Notes: generated from the letters alone by a model not told the origin. Shown: positions 1-8,802, counted from the stretch's first letter. The stretch: 64,000 bases of DNA from Duncaniella sp. (GCA_029060405.1 JAIDUB010000070.1:15372-79371); one strand, 5' to 3'. Made by a program: numbers and translations.

Positions 1-26
1 CTCAGGTACTATCATACCTTGATACC

Positions 27-1088
27 ATGCTACGCTTTTCACTGATCGCTGCAGCGGCCTTATGTGCGCTCACAAGTCAGGCTCAGGTGCGCTGGCTTGA
101 AAAGATTCATGATTTCGGAGCTTTCGATGAGGACCTCGGTACCGTGTATTGTGACTTCAAGTTTGTCAACGACGGCACGGAGGCATTAGCTATAGTGGCC
201 GCGAGAGCCAACTGCGGCTGCACCCGTCCGACATTTTCACATGAGCCCGTGGCTCCCGGCGACACGGCTGTGGTGACAGTGGGTTTTGACCCGAAAGGAC
301 GTCCCGGAAAGTTTGAAAAAAATATCTATGTAGAGACCGACGCCGAGCGCTCCCGCACGACCCTGAAGATACGCGGCACAGTGATAGGAGCCGGCAATAC
401 TCTCAAATCACGCTATCCGGTAGAGGCCGGGCCGATGCGTCTGCGCGGCACCACAGTGGCCTATGGACCTGTGATAAAGGATCACTCGGCGGTAAAATCG
501 CTCGAGGGATACAATGCCTCGGCCGATACACTCCGCCCTGTCATAGCCGGAGCGCCTAAGTATATCAACGTGATATGCGAGCCCAAGACCGTTCCCCCCG
601 GTGAGCAGTTTGTGGTGAGCTGTATACTGCACTCCGACCTCAGCAACGACTGGGGACTTACTACCGGCTCATTTACCCTCGCTCCGCAGCCCGGTGCCGA
701 GCCTGTCAATGTAGAGACAGTGGCTATCATAAAGGAAGACTTCTCTACCCTTACACCAGCGCAGATGGACAAGCGCCCTGTGATGACGCTCAGCGAATCG
801 CGCATAGACCTCGGTAAACTCGACCGCACGGAAAAGAAAATCACTCATTCGTTTAAGATTACCAACTCCGGTTCCGATCCGCTGATACTCCGTAGCGTCA
901 CCTGTCAGGATCCTGCCGTGACGCTTGATATCTCTACCACAAAAATCAAGAAAGGTAAGTCGGCGCGAGTCACGGTCACAGTAGATCCGGCTCTTCTCAA
1001 GCCGTCGGCACCTCTTAATACCCGTATTTCCATCATAGCCAACGATCCGGTCAACCCCACCGAAATGATAAGATTGACCGGGGAATAA
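27..1088 (+). CDS. DUF1573 domain-containing secreted protein (Ig-like repeats)
   Basis: Signal peptide; HDFG...FKFVNDG..L.I......CGCT motif typical of DUF1573; further Ig-like repeat at the C-terminus (FKITNSGSDPLIL). Confidence 0.8.
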   Translation: MLRFSLIAAAALCALTSQAQVRWLEKIHDFGAFDEDLGTVYCDFKFVNDGTEALAIVAARANCGCTRPTFSHEPVAPGDTAVVTVGFDPKGRPGKFEKNIYVETDAERSRTTLKIRGTVIGAGNTLKSRYPVEAGPMRLRGTTVAYGPVIKDHSAVKSLEGYNASADTLRPVIAGAPKYINVICEPKTVPPGEQFVVSCILHSDLSNDWGLTTGSFTLAPQPGAEPVNVETVAIIKEDFSTLTPAQMDKRPVMTLSESRIDLGKLDRTEKKITHSFKITNSGSDPLILRSVTCQDPAVTLDISTTKIKKGKSARVTVTVDPALLKPSAPLNTRISIIANDPVNPTEMIRLTGE

Positions 1089-1105
1089 AATTTTCTCGAG
1101 TAATC

Positions 1106-1324
1106 ATGGATAAGAATACCCTTGAATTCGTTACATATTGCATCAGTAAACTTGCTCAACAGCTGAAATTGAGCCAGAGCGATGTTTATGCCCGATTGAA
1201 AAATTCAGGTATTTTATATGATTATATAGTGCCTTCATATGACGTGCTTCATACGTTCAGTTCCCGTTATCTGATGAACGATATTACTGATTTCATGAAA
1301 GAAAAAGGAGTCTTACCCCAATGA
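1106..1324 (+). CDS. DUF3791-like small helical protein
   Basis: 72 aa, EFVTYCI...YDYIVPSYDVLHT pattern; ATGA overlap with next gene; AT-rich. Confidence 0.7.
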   Translation: MDKNTLEFVTYCISKLAQQLKLSQSDVYARLKNSGILYDYIVPSYDVLHTFSSRYLMNDITDFMKEKGVLPQ

Positions 1325-1791
1325 AGCTGTATCATTCTTCGTATATATCGGTCAGCAGACCTGATACTGAACATTCCCGGGATTTTCTTGATTTTGGCAG
1401 GGGATTTTACCTGACATCAATGGAGGAGCAGGCTGTGAGATATGCCCAGCGTTTTCTGCGTCGCAACAAGGTGGCATGGATAAATACTTATGAATTGGAA
1501 TTTGATCCTGCCGAATGGAAAATTCTCGAATTCGATGCCTACGATAAGATTTGGCTTGACTTTGTATCTAAGTGCCGGGCCGGTAAAGATGATACTGACT
1601 ATGATATGGTCATAGGTGGTATCGCCAATGATAAGGTTATTCAAACCCTCGACAGATATTTTGAAGGAGAGTTGTCGGAAAGCGAAACACTCGGATTACT
1701 TAAATATGAAAAGCCTAATAATCAGTATTGCATCCGATCGCAAAAAATGCTGAATGACTGTCTTAAACACATTGAAAGCCGACAACTATGA
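1321..1791 (+). CDS. DUF3990 family protein (putative ADP-ribosyltransferase-like fold)
   Basis: LYHSS...DFGRGFYLT...QA..YA, YD.VIG.IAND, QYCIRS motifs. Confidence 0.75.
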   Translation: MKLYHSSYISVSRPDTEHSRDFLDFGRGFYLTSMEEQAVRYAQRFLRRNKVAWINTYELEFDPAEWKILEFDAYDKIWLDFVSKCRAGKDDTDYDMVIGGIANDKVIQTLDRYFEGELSESETLGLLKYEKPNNQYCIRSQKMLNDCLKHIESRQL

Positions 1792-2009
1792 CCGAGGAAA
1801 GCAGAACAGTGATACGGGCATCAAAAGTGGCAAGAATAATAATGAGTCTGTGTGAACTGTATGGAATTTCGTTAGATGAAGCCACCGATATGTACTATAC
1901 CTCGGTTGTATCTGATATGATAGAGGAAGGGGTATCGGATCTCCAGTGCCGAAGTGAGAAATATCTTGCAACATTGATATGGGAAGAGAATCACGAGGAG
2001 AGGAAATAG
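1788..2009 (+). CDS. second DUF3791-like small protein
   Basis: 73 aa; YGISLDEATDMYYTS...IEEGVSDL..RSEKYLA; ATGA overlap with the DUF3990 gene. Confidence 0.65.
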   Translation: MTEESRTVIRASKVARIIMSLCELYGISLDEATDMYYTSVVSDMIEEGVSDLQCRSEKYLATLIWEENHEERK

Positions 2010-2014
2010 ATTAT

Positions 2015-2045
2015 TTTGACTTTTGTGAGATTTGTGCTAATTTTG
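2015..2045 (+). promoter_or_regulatory. Bacteroidetes housekeeping promoter (-33 TTTG, -7 TAATTTTG) for meaB
   Basis: TTTG at 2015-2018, 19-nt spacer, TAATTTTG at 2038-2045. Confidence 0.6.
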
Positions 2046-2077
2046 TTATCAGATAGTCAAAGCAAAATCTCTACCCG

Positions 2078-3184
2078 ATGGACAATATACAGCATCCTGA
2101 AAATGAGAGCTGCTACCGGTCGCTTAATGTGAATCAGGGACCGGAAAAACAGCCCCCTGTAGTTAATCCCTATCTCACCCGCGTGCGCCGCAAGCCTATC
2201 CCCTCGGCCGGAGAACTTGTGGAAGGTATACTGAAAGGTGACGTGACAGTGCTGTCGCGCGCCGTCACGCTTATCGAAAGCCTCAATCCGCAGCATCAGG
2301 CCGTGGCTCAGGAGGTGATAGAGAAGTGTCTGCCCTACTCGGGCAACTCGCGGCGCATAGGTATCACCGGTGTGCCGGGTGCAGGTAAATCCACATCGAT
2401 TGATGTGTTCGGGCTTCATGTGCTGCGCGACGGCGGCCGGTTGGCGGTACTTGCCATCGACCCGTCGAGCGAGCGCACAAAGGGAAGTATTCTCGGTGAC
2501 AAGACGCGCATGGAGAAGCTGTCGCAGCATCCTTCGGCATTTATACGCCCCAGTCCTTCGGCAGGGTCGCTGGGCGGTGTGGCCCGCAAGACACGCGAAA
2601 CTATAGTGCTCTGCGAGGCTGCGGGTTTCAACAATATTTTCGTCGAGACCGTAGGCGTGGGTCAGAGCGAGACTGCCGTGCACTCTATGGTGGATTTCTT
2701 CCTGCTCATCCAGCTTGCCGGCACGGGCGACGAATTGCAGGGTATAAAGCGCGGCATCATGGAGATGGCCGACGGTATAGTGATCAATAAGGCTGACGGT
2801 GACAATATCGACCGTGCCCGTCTTGCGCAGGCTCAATTCCGCAGTGCGCTGCATCTTTTCCCGCCTACAGCGTCGGGCTGGCAGCCCGAGGTACTCACCT
2901 ACTCCGGCTATTTTGAACTCGGCATTCCCGAGGTGTGGGATATGATCGACCGGTATTTCGCTTTCGTGAAGGCCAACGGATATTTCGAGCGCCGCCGTCT
3001 GGAGCAGGCCCGTTACTGGATGTACGAGACCATCAACGAGAAATTGCGCGACCATTTCTATTCCAATCCCGTGGTGGAAAAGATGCTTGCCGAGAAAGAG
3101 GAACGCGTGCTGGCCAATATGCAGAGCTCGTTTACCGCCGCCCGCGATGTGCTCGACGCCTACTTTAATGAATGGAAAATTTAA
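2078..3184 (+). CDS. meaB: methylmalonyl-CoA mutase-associated GTPase
   Basis: GITGVPGAGKST P-loop, LAIDPSS, GSILGDKTRM, ETVGVGQSE, GDELQGIKRGIMEMAD. Confidence 0.95.
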   Translation: MDNIQHPENESCYRSLNVNQGPEKQPPVVNPYLTRVRRKPIPSAGELVEGILKGDVTVLSRAVTLIESLNPQHQAVAQEVIEKCLPYSGNSRRIGITGVPGAGKSTSIDVFGLHVLRDGGRLAVLAIDPSSERTKGSILGDKTRMEKLSQHPSAFIRPSPSAGSLGGVARKTRETIVLCEAAGFNNIFVETVGVGQSETAVHSMVDFFLLIQLAGTGDELQGIKRGIMEMADGIVINKADGDNIDRARLAQAQFRSALHLFPPTASGWQPEVLTYSGYFELGIPEVWDMIDRYFAFVKANGYFERRRLEQARYWMYETINEKLRDHFYSNPVVEKMLAEKEERVLANMQSSFTAARDVLDAYFNEWKI

Positions 3185-3290
3185 GAATTTAAAAATTTAA
3201 AATGGAGAATTTGGAATTGCTGATCCAATAGCTTATAATTCCAAATTCTCCATTTTCAATTCTCCATTCTCCATTCTAAATTTAAAGAAT
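3176..3290. repeat. AT-rich heptamer-repeat element with 20-bp perfect inverted repeat (probable bidirectional terminator)
   Basis: AAAATGGAGAATTTGGAATT (3199-3218) and AATTCCAAATTCTCCATTTT (3237-3256); flanking ATTCTCC/AATTTAA 7-mers; lies between convergent genes. Confidence 0.8.
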
Positions 3291-3758
3291 GGGAAGGATT
3301 GCTTCCGGAAACGGGGGTGAGAGAAGTGATTGTGCACGGGCGAGGTATTCGGCGGCGAGTGTTGAGAACGCATCGGCACTTGCCGGTGACTCGGGACGCC
3401 ACACGCGCATTATAGAGGCTACCGTGCCGAGCGCTATTATCTGTTCCATTGCCGAAAGCAGCATGTCGGCTTCCACGCTGCCGAAGCCGCGGGGAGTGTT
3501 GAAGCTGAGATTAAACCGGTCAAAAGCCATATCGGCCTGCGGTATCTCGGCTTCGTCGATATATCGCCGGAGATTTATGGTCATTTCGATATAAGACTGG
3601 AGCATGAGTTGCTTCACGAGCGGAAGCCGGAAATCCTCGAGCAGTGGACTCAGGGGATGAGCGCCCTCGCCCTCGCCGTCATTGTCGGCAAGAATCTGCA
3701 TGGCGGCGAGGGAGCGGGCGATCGGGAGAATTTTCTCGGTGTAAAGTGTGTAGTTCAT
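3282..3758 (-). CDS. hypothetical protein, possibly phage head-tail adaptor-like
   Basis: 158-aa intact ORF; C-terminal helical segment (LLSAMEQIIALGTVASIM...AEYLARAQSLL) resembles connector proteins of Bacteroidales prophages from memory; sits in the portal cluster. Confidence 0.5.
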   Translation of the reverse strand: MNYTLYTEKILPIARSLAAMQILADNDGEGEGAHPLSPLLEDFRLPLVKQLMLQSYIEMTINLRRYIDEAEIPQADMAFDRFNLSFNTPRGFGSVEADMLLSAMEQIIALGTVASIMRVWRPESPASADAFSTLAAEYLARAQSLLSPPFPEAILPIL

Positions 3759-3776
3759 AGCATCATGATGTTATTT

Positions 3777-4142
3777 TCAGATTTTCGCGGCGATATGCCG
3801 GGCTGTGACGGGTGAGATGAAGAAGCTCGATGCGGTGGCCGTGCGTAACACAGCCTCTACGGCACGATGGTAACCGTAGCCGCGGGCTTCAAACGAGTCA
3901 ACCTTGCGGCTGATTTCAGCCCACATGGCACGGCGTAGCGGGCTGATTGTCGCGAGCTCTCCGCGGCGGTATTCGCGCACCGTCCGCACGGCCATATCAT
4001 AGCTCACGTAGTAGCACGGGGCCTCGGAGGCAGCCGCCCGTGATGCCAGTGCCGAGAGTGACTCGGGCGCGTGATTGAGTTCCATTATTTCCTTACAGCG
4101 GCGTGAGAAATCGCGGTTACGCCTTTCGATGAGTTCAAGCAT
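3777..4142 (-). CDS. hypothetical phage-associated helical (putative DNA-binding) protein
   Basis: 121 aa, basic; ERRNRDF...APCYYVS...MWAEISRKV...SSFFISP resembles a small protein found beside terminase/portal genes in Bacteroidales prophages (recollection, unverified). Confidence 0.55.
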   Translation of the reverse strand: MLELIERRNRDFSRRCKEIMELNHAPESLSALASRAAASEAPCYYVSYDMAVRTVREYRRGELATISPLRRAMWAEISRKVDSFEARGYGYHRAVEAVLRTATASSFFISPVTARHIAAKI

Positions 4143-4182
4143 ATAGATAAGATTTTGGTGTGGTTATTTACTATTGTTATTG

Positions 4183-4190
4183 CAAAAATA
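4183..4190 (-). promoter_or_regulatory. -7 promoter element TATTTTTG upstream of the 121-aa gene
   Basis: CAAAAATA on + strand, about 40 nt upstream of the ATG at 4142. Confidence 0.45.
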
Positions 4191-4225
4191 CCATGGTATA
4201 TGGGCGTAACAACCACGCTTCACTG

Positions 4226-5536
4226 TTAATTGCTGTTAATTTTACAGATGGTAGCGCATTTTGCAAGCTTTTCATCGCGCACGGTGCGGAAGGTATTGAA
4301 GGTCTCGAAAATATCGAGCAGGGCTATCGCCGAGTTCTGAATCTGGCTTTCAAACATGGTGGCCGACTGGTTGGCGGCCGAAGTCTGTCCCTGAAGTGCT
4401 GCAGAAACTCCTGAGATCTGCCGCATCATGTTCATCTCGATATCGAGCAGTCGGGCCGCATTGTCGGTCGACGCTTCGGAATTGAGCTGTGTGGGAATGC
4501 GACCGGCAGTGCCGTCGATGGGAATCACGCCACCGGGGCGATTCCATAGCGCCACGGCATCGGCTATTGAAAATCCGTCGGGCTGCGACTCGAGCGGATA
4601 CAGAAGCACGCCCTTAGCCGATACTGCCAGCACATGGTCGATCATGGTGATGAGGCGGTTGATGTGGCGCTGCTGCTCCACGATATCCTCTATGAAAGGA
4701 TGCACTTCGCCATCGGTGAGCGGATAGAACTTCACTACAAAGGGATGTGATCCGTCGGCATACGGCGATACCGTGTGGTCGAGCAGCATGCCGCAGGGAG
4801 CATAAAATCGGCAGTGCCATTCCACTTTGTAGGATGTGGAGGAAGCGGCTGAGCGTCGGTTGCCGGTATAATCGAGCGTCCACACCTCGATTACGCGGCA
4901 TTTACCGTCGGCCGACGCACTGAAAAAAGTACCGGGTTGAGGGGTGAAAGCTGTGGAGCAATCGGCCTCGCGGCAGTTGCGGCGCCATGTGTCGCGTATC
5001 ATGCGCACCCGTCGGGCGTTTCCGTGCCCGAATCTCATTATCATCTGCTCGCAGTCCATTTCGTGGAGCATGCCTATAAGTTCTATATCGGTGCCGCGGG
5101 GATCGGTGAAGGGATTACAGAAAAACATGGCCGGTGATACTTTGTCGGCCCATGCGCCGCAACCCTCGGGACGCTTCTCGGCTACCACGCGCTGAATGGC
5201 GCACCCCGATATGAGAAACTCCTCGAGTGTGCGGGCATCCAGTTCGTCGAGGCGGTTGAATACCGGTGCTGTGCTCTGTTGGCGCTTCCCGGCCGCGATA
5301 TTGTAGCGGAATCGCCCCACCACACTCTTGACAAGCGAGCGCAGCAGATTGTTGGTGAGCGGAGTCTTACCCAGCGCGCGCACGGCATCACCCTCGGTGA
5401 TGATACGCCCCGTCGCATCGGCCACGGGCCACGACCATTGGTCGCCGTAGGTGAAATTCTTGAGCCGGGTGCGCGAGCGGCGCAGAGGTGCCATCGCCTC
5501 CCATGCGGCATGGGCGCGTTCAAACGGTGAAGTCAT
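4226..5536 (-). CDS. phage portal-like protein (P22-type), C-terminally short
   Basis: R..LKNFTYGDQW, PLTNNLLRSLVKSVVG.FR, EEFLISG, IEDIVEQQRHINRLIT, RQISGVS.A.QG motifs; likely start MTSPF at 5536 (ORF is open to 5587). Confidence 0.75.
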   Translation of the reverse strand: MTSPFERAHAAWEAMAPLRRSRTRLKNFTYGDQWSWPVADATGRIITEGDAVRALGKTPLTNNLLRSLVKSVVGRFRYNIAAGKRQQSTAPVFNRLDELDARTLEEFLISGCAIQRVVAEKRPEGCGAWADKVSPAMFFCNPFTDPRGTDIELIGMLHEMDCEQMIMRFGHGNARRVRMIRDTWRRNCREADCSTAFTPQPGTFFSASADGKCRVIEVWTLDYTGNRRSAASSTSYKVEWHCRFYAPCGMLLDHTVSPYADGSHPFVVKFYPLTDGEVHPFIEDIVEQQRHINRLITMIDHVLAVSAKGVLLYPLESQPDGFSIADAVALWNRPGGVIPIDGTAGRIPTQLNSEASTDNAARLLDIEMNMMRQISGVSAALQGQTSAANQSATMFESQIQNSAIALLDIFETFNTFRTVRDEKLAKCATICKINSN

Positions 5537-6089
5537 ATTTCGGTTCATCTTCAATAATAGTGGATAAAGCTGAGGAATCAAATTCATAAATGCCGTCGGT
5601 CATCACCACGGCGCGGAAAGTAAGCAGCTCGTCATCGGCTATATAAGGATACAGGCTTATGACATTGGAGTGCATGAGAGCCGTCGGGTCATCGGGACTT
5701 GACATGGTGAACGGGCTTGACTGACGGCGGCGCACGCGGCGTATAGTTCCTTCGGGAAAAGCGTTGTCGTGGAGCAGGCGTGCCGGAGCATTCCAGCCAC
5801 GCATCCTTATCGACAGTATTCTTACGACCTCGGGAGGCACCACTACCTGCGCGCCACCTCGGCCGTCGGGCCGCACTTCGAGCCCGTCTTCAATGTCGCG
5901 CGGCGCAAGCATGTGTTCAGGCGCTGTGAGCAGCAGGTTGAAATACCATTTCTTAACCTCCTCCGTGACTATCATGTCCATGTCGACGCCGTCGTTACGG
6001 CTCACGACCGCCGCGAGCGGCACTGTGTTGAGGCGGCGCAGGGTGAGCCATCGCTCGTTCATCTGCGCTTGAGTGAGTGTGAGTTTCAT
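5520..6089 (-). CDS. hypothetical protein, phage head-completion-like
   Basis: 189 aa; G.AQVVVPPEVVRILSIRMRGW..P motif resembles neck proteins of Bacteroidales prophages (recollection); stop overlaps the portal start. Confidence 0.5.
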   Translation of the reverse strand: MKLTLTQAQMNERWLTLRRLNTVPLAAVVSRNDGVDMDMIVTEEVKKWYFNLLLTAPEHMLAPRDIEDGLEVRPDGRGGAQVVVPPEVVRILSIRMRGWNAPARLLHDNAFPEGTIRRVRRRQSSPFTMSSPDDPTALMHSNVISLYPYIADDELLTFRAVVMTDGIYEFDSSALSTIIEDEPKYDFTV

Positions 6090-6109
6090 AGTATATGCGG
6101 TTTTTAGCG

Positions 6110-6117
6110 CAAAGTTA
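6110..6117 (-). promoter_or_regulatory. -7 promoter element TAACTTTG for the phage-like operon
   Basis: CAAAGTTA on + strand, 20 nt upstream of the ATG at 6089. Confidence 0.6.
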
Positions 6118-6187
6118 CCTCCACGGCGCCCGTGTATATTGCGATAGTAGCCGGGAAGCAGTATATTTGCATCCGAAATTATGATTA

Positions 6188-6748
6188 CTCACTTCGTTCG
6201 TAACACGATGGAGATGATACCAATCCCTACCTGCGGCAGCCTGTAGCGCCGCGCTATAACCGCCGTGCACATCACCACGATTATACCCGCCCCGCCCGAT
6301 ATATGATTACTCTTAAGGTGGCGCCGCACATTCCGGCGCTCCCTACCGTAACAGGCAATCCGGCCACTGTCGATGTGGATTTGTGACGGCTGGATTGATT
6401 GTATTGAAAACGGAGGTGTCCTGATCTCGCCGTTCATTCATCCGGTGGAGAATGATATGAGAAAAACGGCTGTGGAAAGCGGCGGCTCGATAGTGAGAAT
6501 TACCGACAACGGCTTTCCCGAGCGGTTTTCGCCCTCGGGGAGTGAATTTGAAATGTTAGGATCAGGGAGGCTTCTTCTCTTAGGAGAGCTGAATTACAAT
6601 TCACGCAAGCAGAATATGAGCTACCGTTGGGCCGGGCGCCTCAACCGATTGGCCGAGATGCTTGCCTCTCACCCCGAAGGAATGACCATGCGCCTCGCCT
6701 CAAGGTGAAAAAAATTCCTCACTCCGATCGTGGTCCGAACGAAGTGAG
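6188..6748 (+). mobile_element. non-autonomous remnant of a RAYT/IS200-like transposase element bounded by 13-bp inverted repeats
   Basis: CTCACTTCGTTCG (6188-6200) and its reverse complement CGAACGAAGTGAG (6736-6748) flank two transposase-like fragments. Confidence 0.6.
6204..6708 (+). pseudogene. internally deleted Y1/RAYT transposase-DprA-like fusion
   Basis: Frame 3 from 6204 reads RRAHHHDYTRPARYMITL (RAYT-like N-terminus) and stops near 6386; frame 1 from 6373 reads ENGGVLISPFIHPVE...GRLLLL (Rossmann/DprA-like C-terminus); no HUH core in between. Confidence 0.6.
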
Positions 6749-6771
6749 GATTATAAGGATAATAGCTGTTT

Positions 6772-8802
6772 TTAAGCGAGATATTCCTTGACGAGGGCGG
6801 TGACGGCGTCGGTGGTGAAGCCGAATTTTTCGTCGAGCACCTTGTAGGGGGCCGATGCACCGAAGTGGTCGAGACCGAATACCTTGCCGTTGCGACCCAC
6901 TACGCCACGCAGTGTGGAGGGAAGACCGGCGGTGAGACCGAACACCTTCACGTCGGCGGGAATCACGCTCAGGCGGTATTCCTCGGGCTGGATGTCAAAG
7001 AGACCTATCGAGGGAACGGATACCACGCGGGCTTTCTTGCCTTCGGCGGCCAGACGCTCGGCTACCTCTACGAGGAGCGAAACTTCCGAGCCGTTGGCCA
7101 CGAGCACCACATCGGGGTTCTCGGCCTCTACCACCACGTAGCCGCCGCGCTTCATGCCGGCTTCGGCCTCGGCATAGCGGTCAGATGCTACGGCGGGCAG
7201 GTCGGGGAGATTCTGGCGCGAGAGCACGAGTGCGGTGGGGGTGTCGAAGTTTTCCATCGCCATCTTCCATGCCACGGAGGTCTCCACGGCATCGCCGGGA
7301 CGGAGCACGAGCATCGAGGGACGTCCGGCGAAATTCTTGAGTTCTTCCATGAGGCGGAGCTGTGCTTCCTGCTCCACGGGCTCGTGGGTGGGACCGTCCT
7401 CGCCCACGCGGAATGCGTCGTGAGTCCAGATGTATTTCACGGGGAGTTCCATCAGTGCAGCCATGCGCACGGCGGGTTTCATGTAGTCGCTGAACACGAA
7501 GAATGTGCCGCATGCGCCTATCACGCCGCCGTGGAGCACGATACCGTTCATGATGGCGGCCATGGTGAGTTCCGATACACCTGCGTGGAGGAATGCGCCC
7601 GAGAAATCACCGTTGGTGAACGGATGGGTTTTCTTCAGGAATGCGTCGGTCTTGTCGGAGTTGGCGAGGTCGGCCGACGATACTATCATGTTGTTGACCT
7701 TCTCGGCGAGAACTGCGAGCACGTCGGCTGAAGCCTGACGGCTGGCGATGTTGGCCTTGTGAGGTATTGCCTTGTAGTCGATTTCGGGAAGCTTGTTGGC
7801 GAGGAAGTCCTTGAGCTCGCGGGCGAGTTCGGGGTTGGCGAGTTCCCAGTCGGCCTGAGCCTTGCGGCGGGCGGCCACGATGGTGCGGAGCTCGGCGTGA
7901 CGAGCCTCGTAGAGCTTCTTGACATCATCGAAAATCACGAAAGGATTCTCGGGATCGGCGCCGAGGTTGCGCATTGTGGCGGCATAGTCGGCACCGGCTG
8001 CGCTCAGAGGCTGGCCGTGGGTGGAGCACTGACCCTCGAAATTGGAGCCGTCGGCCTTCACCACGCCGCGACCCATTACGGTGTGGCCTATGATGATGGT
8101 GGGGCGCTTGGTCTCGTGCTGAGCGGCGGTGAGAGCCTGAGCTATTTCCTCGGGGTTGGTGCCGTCGATTTCGAGCACGTTCCAGTGCCATGCGCGGTAT
8201 TTTGCGGCTACATCCTCGGTGTCAACGGCGTTGACGTAGGTTGAGAGCTGCACTTTGTTGCTGTCGTAGAACATGATGAGGTTGCTCAGTCCCAGATATC
8301 CTGCTATGCGGCCGGCACCCTGAGATATTTCCTCCTGTATACCGCCGTCGGAGATGAAGGCGTAGGTCTTGTGGCTCATCCACTCGCCGAAGCGTGCGGC
8401 GAGGAAGCGCTCGGCTATGGCGCAACCCACGGCCATGGTGTGGCCCTGACCGAGGGGGCCGGAGGTGTTTTCAACGCCGCGCTCGGGATGAAGCTCGGGG
8501 TGTCCGGGTGTGGGTGAGCCCCACTGGCGGAACTGCGAGAGTTCCTCGGTGGTATAGTGGCCGAAAAGAGCCAGCACGCTGTAGAGCATGGGCGACATGT
8601 GGCCGGGATCGAGGAAGAAGCGGTCGCGGCCGAGCCATGTGGGATCATCGGGGTCGGTCACGAGAAACTGCGAGTAGAGCACATTTACGAAGTCGGCGCC
8701 GCCCATGGCACCGCCGGGATGTCCCGATTTGGCCTTTTCGACCATCGAGGCAGCAAGAGCGCGGATATTGTCGGCCGCGCGGTTGAGAGTCTTGATATCC
8801 AT
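6772..8802 (-). CDS. tkt: transketolase
   Basis: SGHPGGAMG, DRFFLDPGH, SGPLGQG, SDGGIQE, THD..RVGEDGPTHEP. Confidence 0.97.
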   Translation of the reverse strand: MDIKTLNRAADNIRALAASMVEKAKSGHPGGAMGGADFVNVLYSQFLVTDPDDPTWLGRDRFFLDPGHMSPMLYSVLALFGHYTTEELSQFRQWGSPTPGHPELHPERGVENTSGPLGQGHTMAVGCAIAERFLAARFGEWMSHKTYAFISDGGIQEEISQGAGRIAGYLGLSNLIMFYDSNKVQLSTYVNAVDTEDVAAKYRAWHWNVLEIDGTNPEEIAQALTAAQHETKRPTIIIGHTVMGRGVVKADGSNFEGQCSTHGQPLSAAGADYAATMRNLGADPENPFVIFDDVKKLYEARHAELRTIVAARRKAQADWELANPELARELKDFLANKLPEIDYKAIPHKANIASRQASADVLAVLAEKVNNMIVSSADLANSDKTDAFLKKTHPFTNGDFSGAFLHAGVSELTMAAIMNGIVLHGGVIGACGTFFVFSDYMKPAVRMAALMELPVKYIWTHDAFRVGEDGPTHEPVEQEAQLRLMEELKNFAGRPSMLVLRPGDAVETSVAWKMAMENFDTPTALVLSRQNLPDLPAVASDRYAEAEAGMKRGGYVVVEAENPDVVLVANGSEVSLLVEVAERLAAEGKKARVVSVPSIGLFDIQPEEYRLSVIPADVKVFGLTAGLPSTLRGVVGRNGKVFGLDHFGASAPYKVLDEKFGFTTDAVTALVKEYLA

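Noticed and set aside
1081-2030. Target-site duplication around the DUF3990 triad
   Set aside because: Only weak AT-rich similarity at the two ends; no convincing direct repeat.
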